Shown piece after piece: positions 39,364 through 46,876 of a stretch of 64,000 nt of DNA; position 1 is the first letter of the stretch, and each line of letters starts with the position of its first letter. Location of the stretch: contig OZ241986.1 in the NCBI GenBank assembly GCA_965204375.1, positions 5,056,001 to 5,120,000 of the forward strand. Reading direction: 5' to 3'. The DNA comes from Candidatus Latescibacterota bacterium. GTDB lineage: Bacteria > Latescibacterota > UBA2968. The translations under genes were made by a program, and so were the position numbers. Under the pieces are notes generated by a model. That model did not search any database and was not told where the DNA came from. It was given only the letters and a program-made list of their open reading frames with translations.

Positions 39364-39395
39364 GTTGAACTGGCCTGAGAGACGGCCAGTTGTAC
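39364..39395 (+). repeat. Dispersed palindrome, copy b
   Basis: GTTGAACTGGCC-TGAGAGAC-GGCCAGTTGTAC. Confidence 0.65.
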
Positions 39396-39422
39396 CCCGC
39401 TCAAAACCCGCCCCAACCAACC

Positions 39423-39905
39423 ATGCAAAAATTGAATTTCCCAACCTCATCCACTTATGACATCGCAAACCGCGACGGGAGCGAAATGATCTTAGACCCT
39501 CTGCGTCAAAAATACGTGGTATTAACCCCCGAAGAATGGGTGCGCCAGAACTTTGTGCGGTACTTGATCGAAGGACTCGGCTACCCACAGGGACGCACCG
39601 CAATCGAAACCGGATTTGTATTTCAGGGCATGCAGTGTCGCGCCGATGTACTCGTATATGACGCAAAAGGAAAAGCACTGTTAATGGCAGAATGCAAAGC
39701 CCCCGAAATAAAAATCACCCAACAGGTCTTTGACCAGATCGGGCGATACAATGCAGTCGTACAGGCCACCTACCTCATCGCAACAAATGGCCTGCAGCAT
39801 TATTGCTGTATGATTGATCGAAAAAACAACGCATATCGCTTTATAGACACACTACCGCGATACGAGGACATCGTAAAAAAAGCGCGAATAGACGGAGCGG
39901 TGTAA
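39423..39905 (+). CDS. Stand-alone HsdR N-terminal (HSDR_N_2) domain protein
   Basis: RQKYVVLTPEEWVRQ, RADV, ECKAP, QIGRYN, TNGLQH. Confidence 0.9.
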   Translation: MQKLNFPTSSTYDIANRDGSEMILDPLRQKYVVLTPEEWVRQNFVRYLIEGLGYPQGRTAIETGFVFQGMQCRADVLVYDAKGKALLMAECKAPEIKITQQVFDQIGRYNAVVQATYLIATNGLQHYCCMIDRKNNAYRFIDTLPRYEDIVKKARIDGAV

Positions 39906-40050
39906 AACTGGTCGTTTCCCAGACCAGTTCATAGACGAATAGACGAACCCCGCCCTACCCCCAAAGTTGTTACAAACTCCGTCGTAGATGAATTGCTGGC
40001 GCAGTTGTACCCCGTTCCGTAGATTCGTAGATTCGTAGATTCGTAGATTC
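39902..40050. repeat. Composite repeat: two palindromes (copies c, d) plus octamer arrays ATAGACGA and AGATTCGT
   Basis: AACTGGTC..GACCAGTTCAT (39902-39932); GATGAATTGCTGGCGCAGTTGTAC (39987-40010); (AGATTCGT)x3. Confidence 0.7.
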
Positions 40051-40063
40051 TCCAGGAGGTTAC

Positions 40064-41656
40064 ATGATTGATCTACTGAGCTTTACCGTCGTACTGTGCG
40101 TATTTCTTACCTGCACCACAACCGCGTGGGGAGAAGGAAACTACAGCAAACTGGTATATCCAGGACCTGATGGGCGACTGGTCTATGTGCCGGATGAAAA
40201 AGGCAATATAATCCCGGACTTCTCGCACTGCGGGTACATGGGGGGTGGTGTAGCACTGCCAGATGTCCCTGTCGTATTAACCGTTCAACCCCAGGCCGAA
40301 GGAGACGACACAGCGCGATTGCAAGCGGCAATTGACGACGTATCTGCGCGCACACCGGACGCCAATGGATTTCGGGGCACCCTGTTACTCGAACGCGGAA
40401 AATATCGGATTGGCGGAACCCTGCAGATTCGGGCAAGTGGCGTCGTACTCCGCGGTCAGGGCGCAGATGAAAACGGCACAGTATTGATCGCAACGGGAAA
40501 AGGAAAGCGCACATTGATCGAATTTAAAGGACGGGGACGCAGACCGCGAGAAATAGAAAACACGCGGCAGAAAATCGCAGATGACTATGTCCCCGTAGGC
40601 GCAAAAACATTTGCCATCGCAGACGCATCGGGTTTTGCACCAGGCGACGCGATCATCGTACATCGCCCCAGCACGGCAAAATGGATCGCAACCATAGGCA
40701 TGGACCGCATAGAAATGAAACATCCCGGAGTTAGGCAATGGAAACCCGGCTCCTACGACTTCCACTTTGACCGCACCATAACCGCCATAAATGGCAATCG
40801 CATAACAATCGACGCACCAATAGGCAACGCGATAGAACGCGAATACGGCGGCGGATCGATTTACAAATACGAATATCCCGGGCGCATTGAACAGGTCGGC
40901 ATTGAGAACCTCCGCGGCGTATCGGAATACGACAACCGCGAAAAAGATCCTCGGCGGGAGGGTGAGTTTATCGATGAAGACCACGCCTGGAACTTCGTCG
41001 TATTTTCCCAGGTACAAAATGCGTGGGCGCGCGATATAACCTCGATCTACTTTGGATATGCGTGTATAACCATTGGCAACCAGGCAAAATGGATGACCGT
41101 ACAGGATAGCCAATGCCTCGACCCCGTATCAAAAATCACCGGATCGCGGCGCTACTCCTTCCCCATCCACGGACAATTATCCCTCGTACAACGGTGTTAT
41201 ACCCGGCGGGGGCGTCACGATTATGTGCTACACGCCCGCGTACCCGGACCAAACGCATTTGTAGATTGCGTAGCGGACATCGCGCACTCCGACACCGGAC
41301 CCCATCACCGCTGGTCTGTTTGCACCCTGTTTGACAACGTAATCGTAAACGGCAACGCCATCAACGTACAGGACCGGCAAAGTTCGGGCACTGGCCACGG
41401 ATGGGCGGGCGCGCAAAAAGTATTGTGGAACTGCGAGGCAGAGAGCTTTATCTTACAAAAACCCCCAACATCGCAAAATTACGCCATTGGCTGCATCGGC
41501 GAGAAACGAGATGGACGATACAGACGCGAGGACGGATATTGGGATTCCCATGGGCAAAAAGTACATCCGCGCAGTCTGTATTTAAAACAACTCGAAGACC
41601 GCCTGGGCATAGAAGCCGTAAAAGCCATAGGCGCACAAATCGGAGAGGGAAATTAA
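40064..41656 (+). CDS. Exported pectin-lyase-like beta-helix protein
   Basis: Signal peptide, IPDFSHCGY, DDTARLQAAID, SGVVLRGQG, GPHHRWS, GHGWAGA. Confidence 0.82.
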   Translation: MIDLLSFTVVLCVFLTCTTTAWGEGNYSKLVYPGPDGRLVYVPDEKGNIIPDFSHCGYMGGGVALPDVPVVLTVQPQAEGDDTARLQAAIDDVSARTPDANGFRGTLLLERGKYRIGGTLQIRASGVVLRGQGADENGTVLIATGKGKRTLIEFKGRGRRPREIENTRQKIADDYVPVGAKTFAIADASGFAPGDAIIVHRPSTAKWIATIGMDRIEMKHPGVRQWKPGSYDFHFDRTITAINGNRITIDAPIGNAIEREYGGGSIYKYEYPGRIEQVGIENLRGVSEYDNREKDPRREGEFIDEDHAWNFVVFSQVQNAWARDITSIYFGYACITIGNQAKWMTVQDSQCLDPVSKITGSRRYSFPIHGQLSLVQRCYTRRGRHDYVLHARVPGPNAFVDCVADIAHSDTGPHHRWSVCTLFDNVIVNGNAINVQDRQSSGTGHGWAGAQKVLWNCEAESFILQKPPTSQNYAIGCIGEKRDGRYRREDGYWDSHGQKVHPRSLYLKQLEDRLGIEAVKAIGAQIGEGN

Positions 41657-42397
41657 ATGGCAAAACGCAAACGACGACCACAAGCGGGACCGGAATTTAT
41701 GCGGCGCACGCAGTTCAAAAACTTAGGCCCAACCGGGCAGGCGCGCAGAGAACCACCGCCCATGCCCGAATTGCATTATCAGGGCGAAACAATAGACCTG
41801 CTCGACCCCGCGCAGATCGAAACAACGCAAATCGACCTGCGCCAGGCCATAGACGAGCGCAAAAGCGAGCGGGTATTCTTCGACGACCCCATCACACTGA
41901 ATGAGCTGACCTACTTACTCTGGGCAACGCAGGGCGTAAAGGAATTTGAACAGGGCGAAACATTTCGCACCGTACCATCGGCGGGTGCGCGCCACGCATT
42001 TGAAACCTATATTGTGGTAAACAACATAGAAGGATTGGACCGCGGGTTATATCGATACCTATCTATGGGACACAAACTGGGAATAATCGACCAATCAAAG
42101 GAAATTGCCGACAGAATTGCCAACACCACCTTGCAGCCTGAACTGATCCAGACAAGTGCCGCCACATTCTTATGGACAGCAGTAGCCACGCGAATGACCT
42201 GGCGCTACGGCGACCGGGGGTATCGCTACATCCACCTTGATGCCGGTCATGTAGGACAGAACCTGTATCTGGGCACCATGGCGGTAAATTGCCGCGCATG
42301 CACCAGTGCGGCATTCAATGACGACGAATTAAACCGGGCGCTCAAACTCGACGGCGTCGAACATTTTGCCGTGTATTTTGGCTCAGTGGGAAAATAA
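41657..42397 (+). CDS. SagB/ThcOx-type nitroreductase
   Basis: RKSER, RTVPSAGARH, RYIHLDAGHVGQN. Confidence 0.9.
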   Translation: MAKRKRRPQAGPEFMRRTQFKNLGPTGQARREPPPMPELHYQGETIDLLDPAQIETTQIDLRQAIDERKSERVFFDDPITLNELTYLLWATQGVKEFEQGETFRTVPSAGARHAFETYIVVNNIEGLDRGLYRYLSMGHKLGIIDQSKEIADRIANTTLQPELIQTSAATFLWTAVATRMTWRYGDRGYRYIHLDAGHVGQNLYLGTMAVNCRACTSAAFNDDELNRALKLDGVEHFAVYFGSVGK

Positions 42398-42410
42398 GGA
42401 GGATAACGTC

Positions 42411-43580
42411 ATGAAAATTGAAGCAATCGACTTTCTGATCCTCAAAAGCGAACCTGTAACCCCGGAATGGCGACCATTGCGCACCATGCGGGAATATCCC
42501 GGCGCGCACAAAGTGCGATTCGGACACCGACTCTTTCAAGGCGATGGGATTCGGCTAACAAAAAGGCCGGCTTACCTCACCTTGCTTCGCATCCGCACAG
42601 ATGCAAACCTGGAAACCTGCGGTATTTTTTCCACCGGCTGGGCACAGGAAGACCTCGAATGGGCAGCGCGCACATTCAAAGTACAGTGGGAACCGGAAAT
42701 CGCAGGCACCGACGCGCTGGACCGGGAGTACATGTGGCACAAAATGTGGATGGCGCGGCGGTATTTCCACATGGCATCCACCGCCCCGCTCGCCCTCATC
42801 GACTCCCTCCTGTGGGACCTGGCGGGCCTTCACGCACAATTACCCGTCCACAAATTGCTCGGCGGATTTCGGAATCGCGTCCCTGCCTACCTCACCGAAA
42901 CCGGCATCCCCTACGAAGACACGCTAAAATCTGCCCAACGAGCTGTTGAGGAGGGATACAAAGGCTTCAAAGACCACTCCATGCTCGGCGTGGAAACCAA
43001 CCTCGCGCTCGCCAAAGACATCCGGGACCTCGTCGGCGACGACATGGTGCTCATGCACGATCCCGTACAACAATACTCCGTCGAAGATGCGATCGTCGTC
43101 GGACGTGGACTCGAAGAACTGAATTATCTCTGGATCGAAGAACCTCTGCAGGAATTCGACATCAACGGCCTGAAGCGGCTATCAGACGCAATCGATCTTC
43201 CAGTAATGGCATTGGAATCCATCCAGGGCAACCCCTATCTCGCCGCGCCGTACCTGTCAATCGGCGCCATCGACATCGTGCGTCAAACAGGACTGGGAAT
43301 CACCGGACAGATGAAATTGGCCAACCTTGCGGAAATGTTTGGGCTGAACTGTCACGGGGGAAATCCCCATGTCGTAGCCGCAGTCAGAAACGACGACTGG
43401 TGGGAAGTCTCGGCCTGGCCGCCCACGGGCGCAGACAGATCCCTCTCCGCGGCCTTTGCTGGCTTGATCGAAGAAACGACCGAAGTACGAGACGGCTACA
43501 TGTACGTGCCGCAAACGCCCGGACTCGGGCGAAACATCAACTGGGACCGAATCGAGGCGCAGACCGTGATCGAGATTTGA
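42411..43580 (+). CDS. Mandelate racemase/muconate lactonizing enzyme family protein
   Basis: LWDLAG..LPVHKLLGG, GFKDH, LMHDP, WIEEP, PQTPGLG. Confidence 0.88.
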   Translation: MKIEAIDFLILKSEPVTPEWRPLRTMREYPGAHKVRFGHRLFQGDGIRLTKRPAYLTLLRIRTDANLETCGIFSTGWAQEDLEWAARTFKVQWEPEIAGTDALDREYMWHKMWMARRYFHMASTAPLALIDSLLWDLAGLHAQLPVHKLLGGFRNRVPAYLTETGIPYEDTLKSAQRAVEEGYKGFKDHSMLGVETNLALAKDIRDLVGDDMVLMHDPVQQYSVEDAIVVGRGLEELNYLWIEEPLQEFDINGLKRLSDAIDLPVMALESIQGNPYLAAPYLSIGAIDIVRQTGLGITGQMKLANLAEMFGLNCHGGNPHVVAAVRNDDWWEVSAWPPTGADRSLSAAFAGLIEETTEVRDGYMYVPQTPGLGRNINWDRIEAQTVIEI

Positions 43581-43835
43581 GCGGAACATATCTTTCAAAA
43601 TATCGCTCATTCATCGCTCAAAATATACACTCTCACCGCCAACGCTTGCACTCTTCCATCCCGCTTCAACAGGCGATCCATAAATTCAAGTTGTAAACAA
43701 GACCGCAATACTGCATATTGAGGGTATAATGAGATGCCTGAACTTCTCTTGAGCCTTTTTATCACTCAATTTTGTGATAATCGCATTTTTGGCCTGATAT
43801 TTGCTTGGGTTCTGACTGTTGTGTGTGTCCAAAAA
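43580..43835 (+). promoter_or_regulatory. Conserved non-coding leader, copy B
   Basis: Homologous to 23963-24190; begins at the stop codon of the upstream gene. Confidence 0.75.
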
Positions 43836-43882
43836 ACGGACAGCCCGGTTTGGACGTATAGCATATAACAAAAGGAGAATGC

Positions 43883-44098
43883 ATGAACGAAGTTACAGAA
43901 TTGAGAGGCAGGCAAACCGAACACGCGGAACGTCTGATCAAGTTGGAAACACTTATTGAGCGATATGACAAAGACCAGCGGGATTTTGTGAAACGTTATG
44001 AACAAGACCAGCGAGAAGCGCGAAGCTGGCAAAAGTGGACTGTCACCCTCATGTGCGGCAGTTGGATTACGCTCATGGCGGCTATCTTGTTGAAGTAA
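43883..44098 (+). CDS. Small coiled-coil protein with C-terminal membrane anchor, copy 1 (71 aa)
   Basis: RBS AAAGGAG; RYxxDQR repeats; TM WTVTLMCGSWITLMAAILLK. Confidence 0.8.
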   Translation: MNEVTELRGRQTEHAERLIKLETLIERYDKDQRDFVKRYEQDQREARSWQKWTVTLMCGSWITLMAAILLK

Positions 44099-44109
44099 AA
44101 GGAGAATGT

Positions 44110-44346
44110 GTGAACGAAACTACAGAATTGAGAGACCGGCAAAGCCAACACGCGGAACGGCTGATCAGATTGGAAACGCTAATTGAGCAGAACCAGGAAC
44201 GTGTGAACCGTTATGAGGAAGACCAGAGGTCTTTTGTAAGCCGTTATGAGGAAGACCAGCGGGAAGCGCGAAGCTGGCAAAAGTGGACTGTCACCCTTAT
44301 GTGCGGGAGTTGGATTACCCTTATGGCGGCTATTTTGTTGAAGTAA
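44110..44346 (+). CDS. Small coiled-coil protein with C-terminal membrane anchor, copy 2 (78 aa, GTG start)
   Basis: Same RBS; identical C-terminus with synonymous differences; 7 aa longer. Confidence 0.8.
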   Translation: MNETTELRDRQSQHAERLIRLETLIEQNQERVNRYEEDQRSFVSRYEEDQREARSWQKWTVTLMCGSWITLMAAILLK

Positions 44347-44361
44347 AGGACCACAGCGGAG

Positions 44362-44417
44362 AAAAAAGAAACGCCCCTTTCGGGGCGTCGAGCCAACGAT
44401 ACTATCGTTGGGGTGGT
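44362..44417 (-). ncRNA. Putative ~56-nt small RNA divergent from the NYN gene
   Basis: Own promoter, hairpin built on the CCAACGATA/TATCGTTGG inverted repeat, then ACGCCCC-GAAA-GGGGCGT and UUCUUUUUU. Confidence 0.6.
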
Positions 44418-44423
44418 AAAAGA

Positions 44424-44451
44424 AATCTACCTAAATATGTTATTTTGTCAA
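44424..44451 (-). promoter_or_regulatory. Sigma70 promoter for the sRNA
   Basis: TTGACA (44451-44446)-16 nt-TAGATT (44429-44424). Confidence 0.6.
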
Positions 44452-44532
44452 GAAAGAATTTCTGTACACCTATGTGTAATTTCGTAATAAAAAAATACCT
44501 TATGTCCCATATTAGACAGGGAGAATCCATTG

Positions 44533-45150
44533 ATGCAGCGCGTATTGGTGTACGTTGATGGGTTCAATCTCTACTACGGCCTCAGATCCAAAGGCTGGCG
44601 GCGCTACTATTGGCTCGACATATATCGTCTGGCAGAGAAACTGCTACGCCCCGACCAGAGTTTGGTAGCTGTCAGGTATTTTACCGCCAGATTGCACAAG
44701 GCAACCGAGCCAGAGAAACAAGAGCGGCAGAAAATCTACCTGGAGGCATTGACTACACTCTCAGACCTATACATCCATTACGGATACTACATCCAGAAAG
44801 ACATGACCTGTCGGAAATGTAGCGCGACCTGGAAAACCTATGAGGAAAAGATGACCGACGTGAATATCGCGGTCGAATTTCTCGGCGACGCTCAAGATGA
44901 TGTCTTTGACACGGCAATCATCATCTCTGGCGACAGTGACCTGACTCGCCCTGTAATCTCTTTCCACAAACGCTATCCGGAAAAACGGGTGGTTATTGCA
45001 TTCCCACCGAGGCGTGTTTCTAAACATTTGCGTAATGTAGCGACTGCATATTTTACCATAGGCCGCAAGAAACTCAGTGACAGTCAGTTACCTGACCAGA
45101 TTACCAAAACCGATGGGTATATCCTTAGCAAGCCCTCAAAGTGGCGTTGA
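44533..45150 (+). CDS. NYN (LabA/DUF88, PIN-like) ribonuclease domain protein
   Basis: YVDGFNLYYG, CRKC, EEKMTDVNIA, ISGDSDL, VVIAFPP. Confidence 0.92.
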   Translation: MQRVLVYVDGFNLYYGLRSKGWRRYYWLDIYRLAEKLLRPDQSLVAVRYFTARLHKATEPEKQERQKIYLEALTTLSDLYIHYGYYIQKDMTCRKCSATWKTYEEKMTDVNIAVEFLGDAQDDVFDTAIIISGDSDLTRPVISFHKRYPEKRVVIAFPPRRVSKHLRNVATAYFTIGRKKLSDSQLPDQITKTDGYILSKPSKWR

Positions 45151-45254
45151 GTATCTTGAATAAGCGCGTCGATTTTCTTAAACGTGCTTTTGCTGGTCTG
45201 ATACCAATAGAGATAATTTTTCCAAGCACCGGCATGGAAACTGATGTTTCTCAT
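45084..45254 (-). pseudogene. yoeB: Truncated YoeB/Txe toxin
   Basis: MRNISFHAGAWKNYLYWYQTSKSTFKKIDALIQDTQRHFEG, then runs antisense into the NYN gene; the C-terminal half is missing. Confidence 0.8.
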
Positions 45255-45256
45255 TC

Positions 45257-45448
45257 TTAGATTAAGTCCTGAGAAACAAAATTGCGTTGACCATTTTGAA
45301 AATCTTTCAGTGCCTTTCGAAGATGAGCAGCGTTATTTGGCGAGGCGAGCAGGTAGTCCGTCTCGTCAGGCTCAGATTTGCCCTTTGGGTCAAGTCGAAC
45401 AGTAGAGTAATCGGGATGTTTGTCCCTATAAATCGTGATGTCGTCCAT
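45257..45448 (-). CDS. yefM: YefM-like antitoxin (toxin-binding C-terminal part)
   Basis: DETDYLLASPNNAAHLRKAL matches the YefM C-terminus; directly upstream of the yoeB fragment. Confidence 0.7.
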   Translation of the reverse strand: MDDITIYRDKHPDYSTVRLDPKGKSEPDETDYLLASPNNAAHLRKALKDFQNGQRNFVSQDLI

Positions 45449-45449
45449 T

Positions 45450-46865
45450 TCAGCCCCCTTTGTTGTCCACCGTATTTGTAATTATATTTTGAAATTTTTT
45501 TACAAACATATCACATTGCTTTTTCATATCGTTGTTAAATTGGTCATGACTGTCGTTTGGAATTGGCAAAAATACCACATAAAAAGGTATTTCTTTTTTT
45601 TGCTGACGCAGAATCACCGGGTCTAATTCCTTCAACTGATCATTGGGCATTGGGTAAATGAATCCACACCCTTTAATAGGGGCCTCATTCCCGTATTGCC
45701 CAATATAGGTATGCAACTGGAAAAGGTCCTCACGCTTTACGCCATATCGACGGTCGTATGTTTTGTATTTCACATCAAAAATATAAAAGCCACCGTTGCT
45801 TTCAATAACTATGTCGGGTTCAAGCCTGCGAGTGTAGGACCCCGAGGGAATCCTATGTATTTTCTCGGACTTGCTCAGTAATTGTATCCCACCTCTCAGA
45901 AGTAGCTTTCGGATAAAATATTCAAATAGCATGGAGACATCAAACAAGAAGGCACTGGTGTCTTTTTCTTCGCCAAAGGTCAATCCCCCACGTCGAATAA
46001 CCCGCTTTGAAAGGTCAATCAACACATTGTAATCGCTATAAAATGGATTAGAAAAATATTTCGTATTCAGAATCTCTTGTCTGGACCTTTTGAAACCCTG
46101 ATTGGCAGCTACAAATGAATTGTAAATATTTCGAGACTCATAGCAAAAAGTATTGTGTTTAATCGTTTCGTAGGCTTTAACAAATAAAGAAACCGCTGGA
46201 CTATTATAGCTGTGCTCTCTGTATGAACATAGATACTTGCCAGATGTTTTGTTCTGAAAGAAATCAACCGGGTCTATATATCCCCTTACTTTTGAAATGC
46301 GTTCATTCCTGGTTATGTAGGCTTTGGGAAGTCCCAGCCGATAAGCGCGTTTGAATTTTATATTCCAGAGGTACGCCAAAAGCCATTCGTACTCATCAGC
46401 ATTCTTTTTACCGCCAACATCTTTCAACTCAAGAAAACCATCCGCATCCGCAATGATATACTGTAAAAAACGGTCTCCGAAACGCGAGCTTATTTTTAGC
46501 GCATAATCTCCTCTTTTTATAAAACCTATCAAATTGCCCGTGTCCAGAGTAAAATTCGTTGCGGTACCGCTTACACTGATAAATCCATCATCTGTATTAT
46601 GCTCATACTCTTCATTATTAAACAAAACGAGGGCATCTGATCGTTTGTCTTTGTCCTTCAGGACCACTTCAATATCACGAGATACTGAATTGATAAAATT
46701 CCAAATCTTGTCTTCATAATGTTCGGGCTTTGTCCGCCTACCAGGCCGCGCATCAAATGTAATTCCTTCATCATCCAGCCGGGGATTTTGGACCTTTCGA
46801 TCAGAAAATAGGTAATGCTGATTATCTACCAGATATCCATCTTTTATGAAGTGGAATAATCGCAT
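45450..46865 (-). CDS. mcrC: McrC family restriction nuclease subunit
   Basis: TGNLIGFI, LFDVSMLFEYFI, LEPDIV..FDVKYK, DLFQLHTY. Confidence 0.88.
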   Translation of the reverse strand: MRLFHFIKDGYLVDNQHYLFSDRKVQNPRLDDEGITFDARPGRRTKPEHYEDKIWNFINSVSRDIEVVLKDKDKRSDALVLFNNEEYEHNTDDGFISVSGTATNFTLDTGNLIGFIKRGDYALKISSRFGDRFLQYIIADADGFLELKDVGGKKNADEYEWLLAYLWNIKFKRAYRLGLPKAYITRNERISKVRGYIDPVDFFQNKTSGKYLCSYREHSYNSPAVSLFVKAYETIKHNTFCYESRNIYNSFVAANQGFKRSRQEILNTKYFSNPFYSDYNVLIDLSKRVIRRGGLTFGEEKDTSAFLFDVSMLFEYFIRKLLLRGGIQLLSKSEKIHRIPSGSYTRRLEPDIVIESNGGFYIFDVKYKTYDRRYGVKREDLFQLHTYIGQYGNEAPIKGCGFIYPMPNDQLKELDPVILRQQKKEIPFYVVFLPIPNDSHDQFNNDMKKQCDMFVKKFQNIITNTVDNKGG

Positions 46866-46876
46866 CGTTTATATTT

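Noticed and set aside
39423-39905. Type I restriction-modification system
   Set aside because: Only the stand-alone HSDR_N_2 domain; no helicase, hsdM or hsdS.
41657-42397. RiPP (azole) cluster around the SagB-like gene
   Set aside because: No YcaO or precursor peptide; stand-alone SagB-type nitroreductases are common.
43870-44348. Duplicated ORF pair as DGR template/variable repeats or CRISPR
   Set aside because: Differences are not adenine-specific, both copies are intact genes with RBS, and no reverse transcriptase is present.
43580-44360. AGCGGA at both ends as a target-site duplication
   Set aside because: Only 6 nt, and copy A of the leader also starts AGCGG; chance cannot be excluded.
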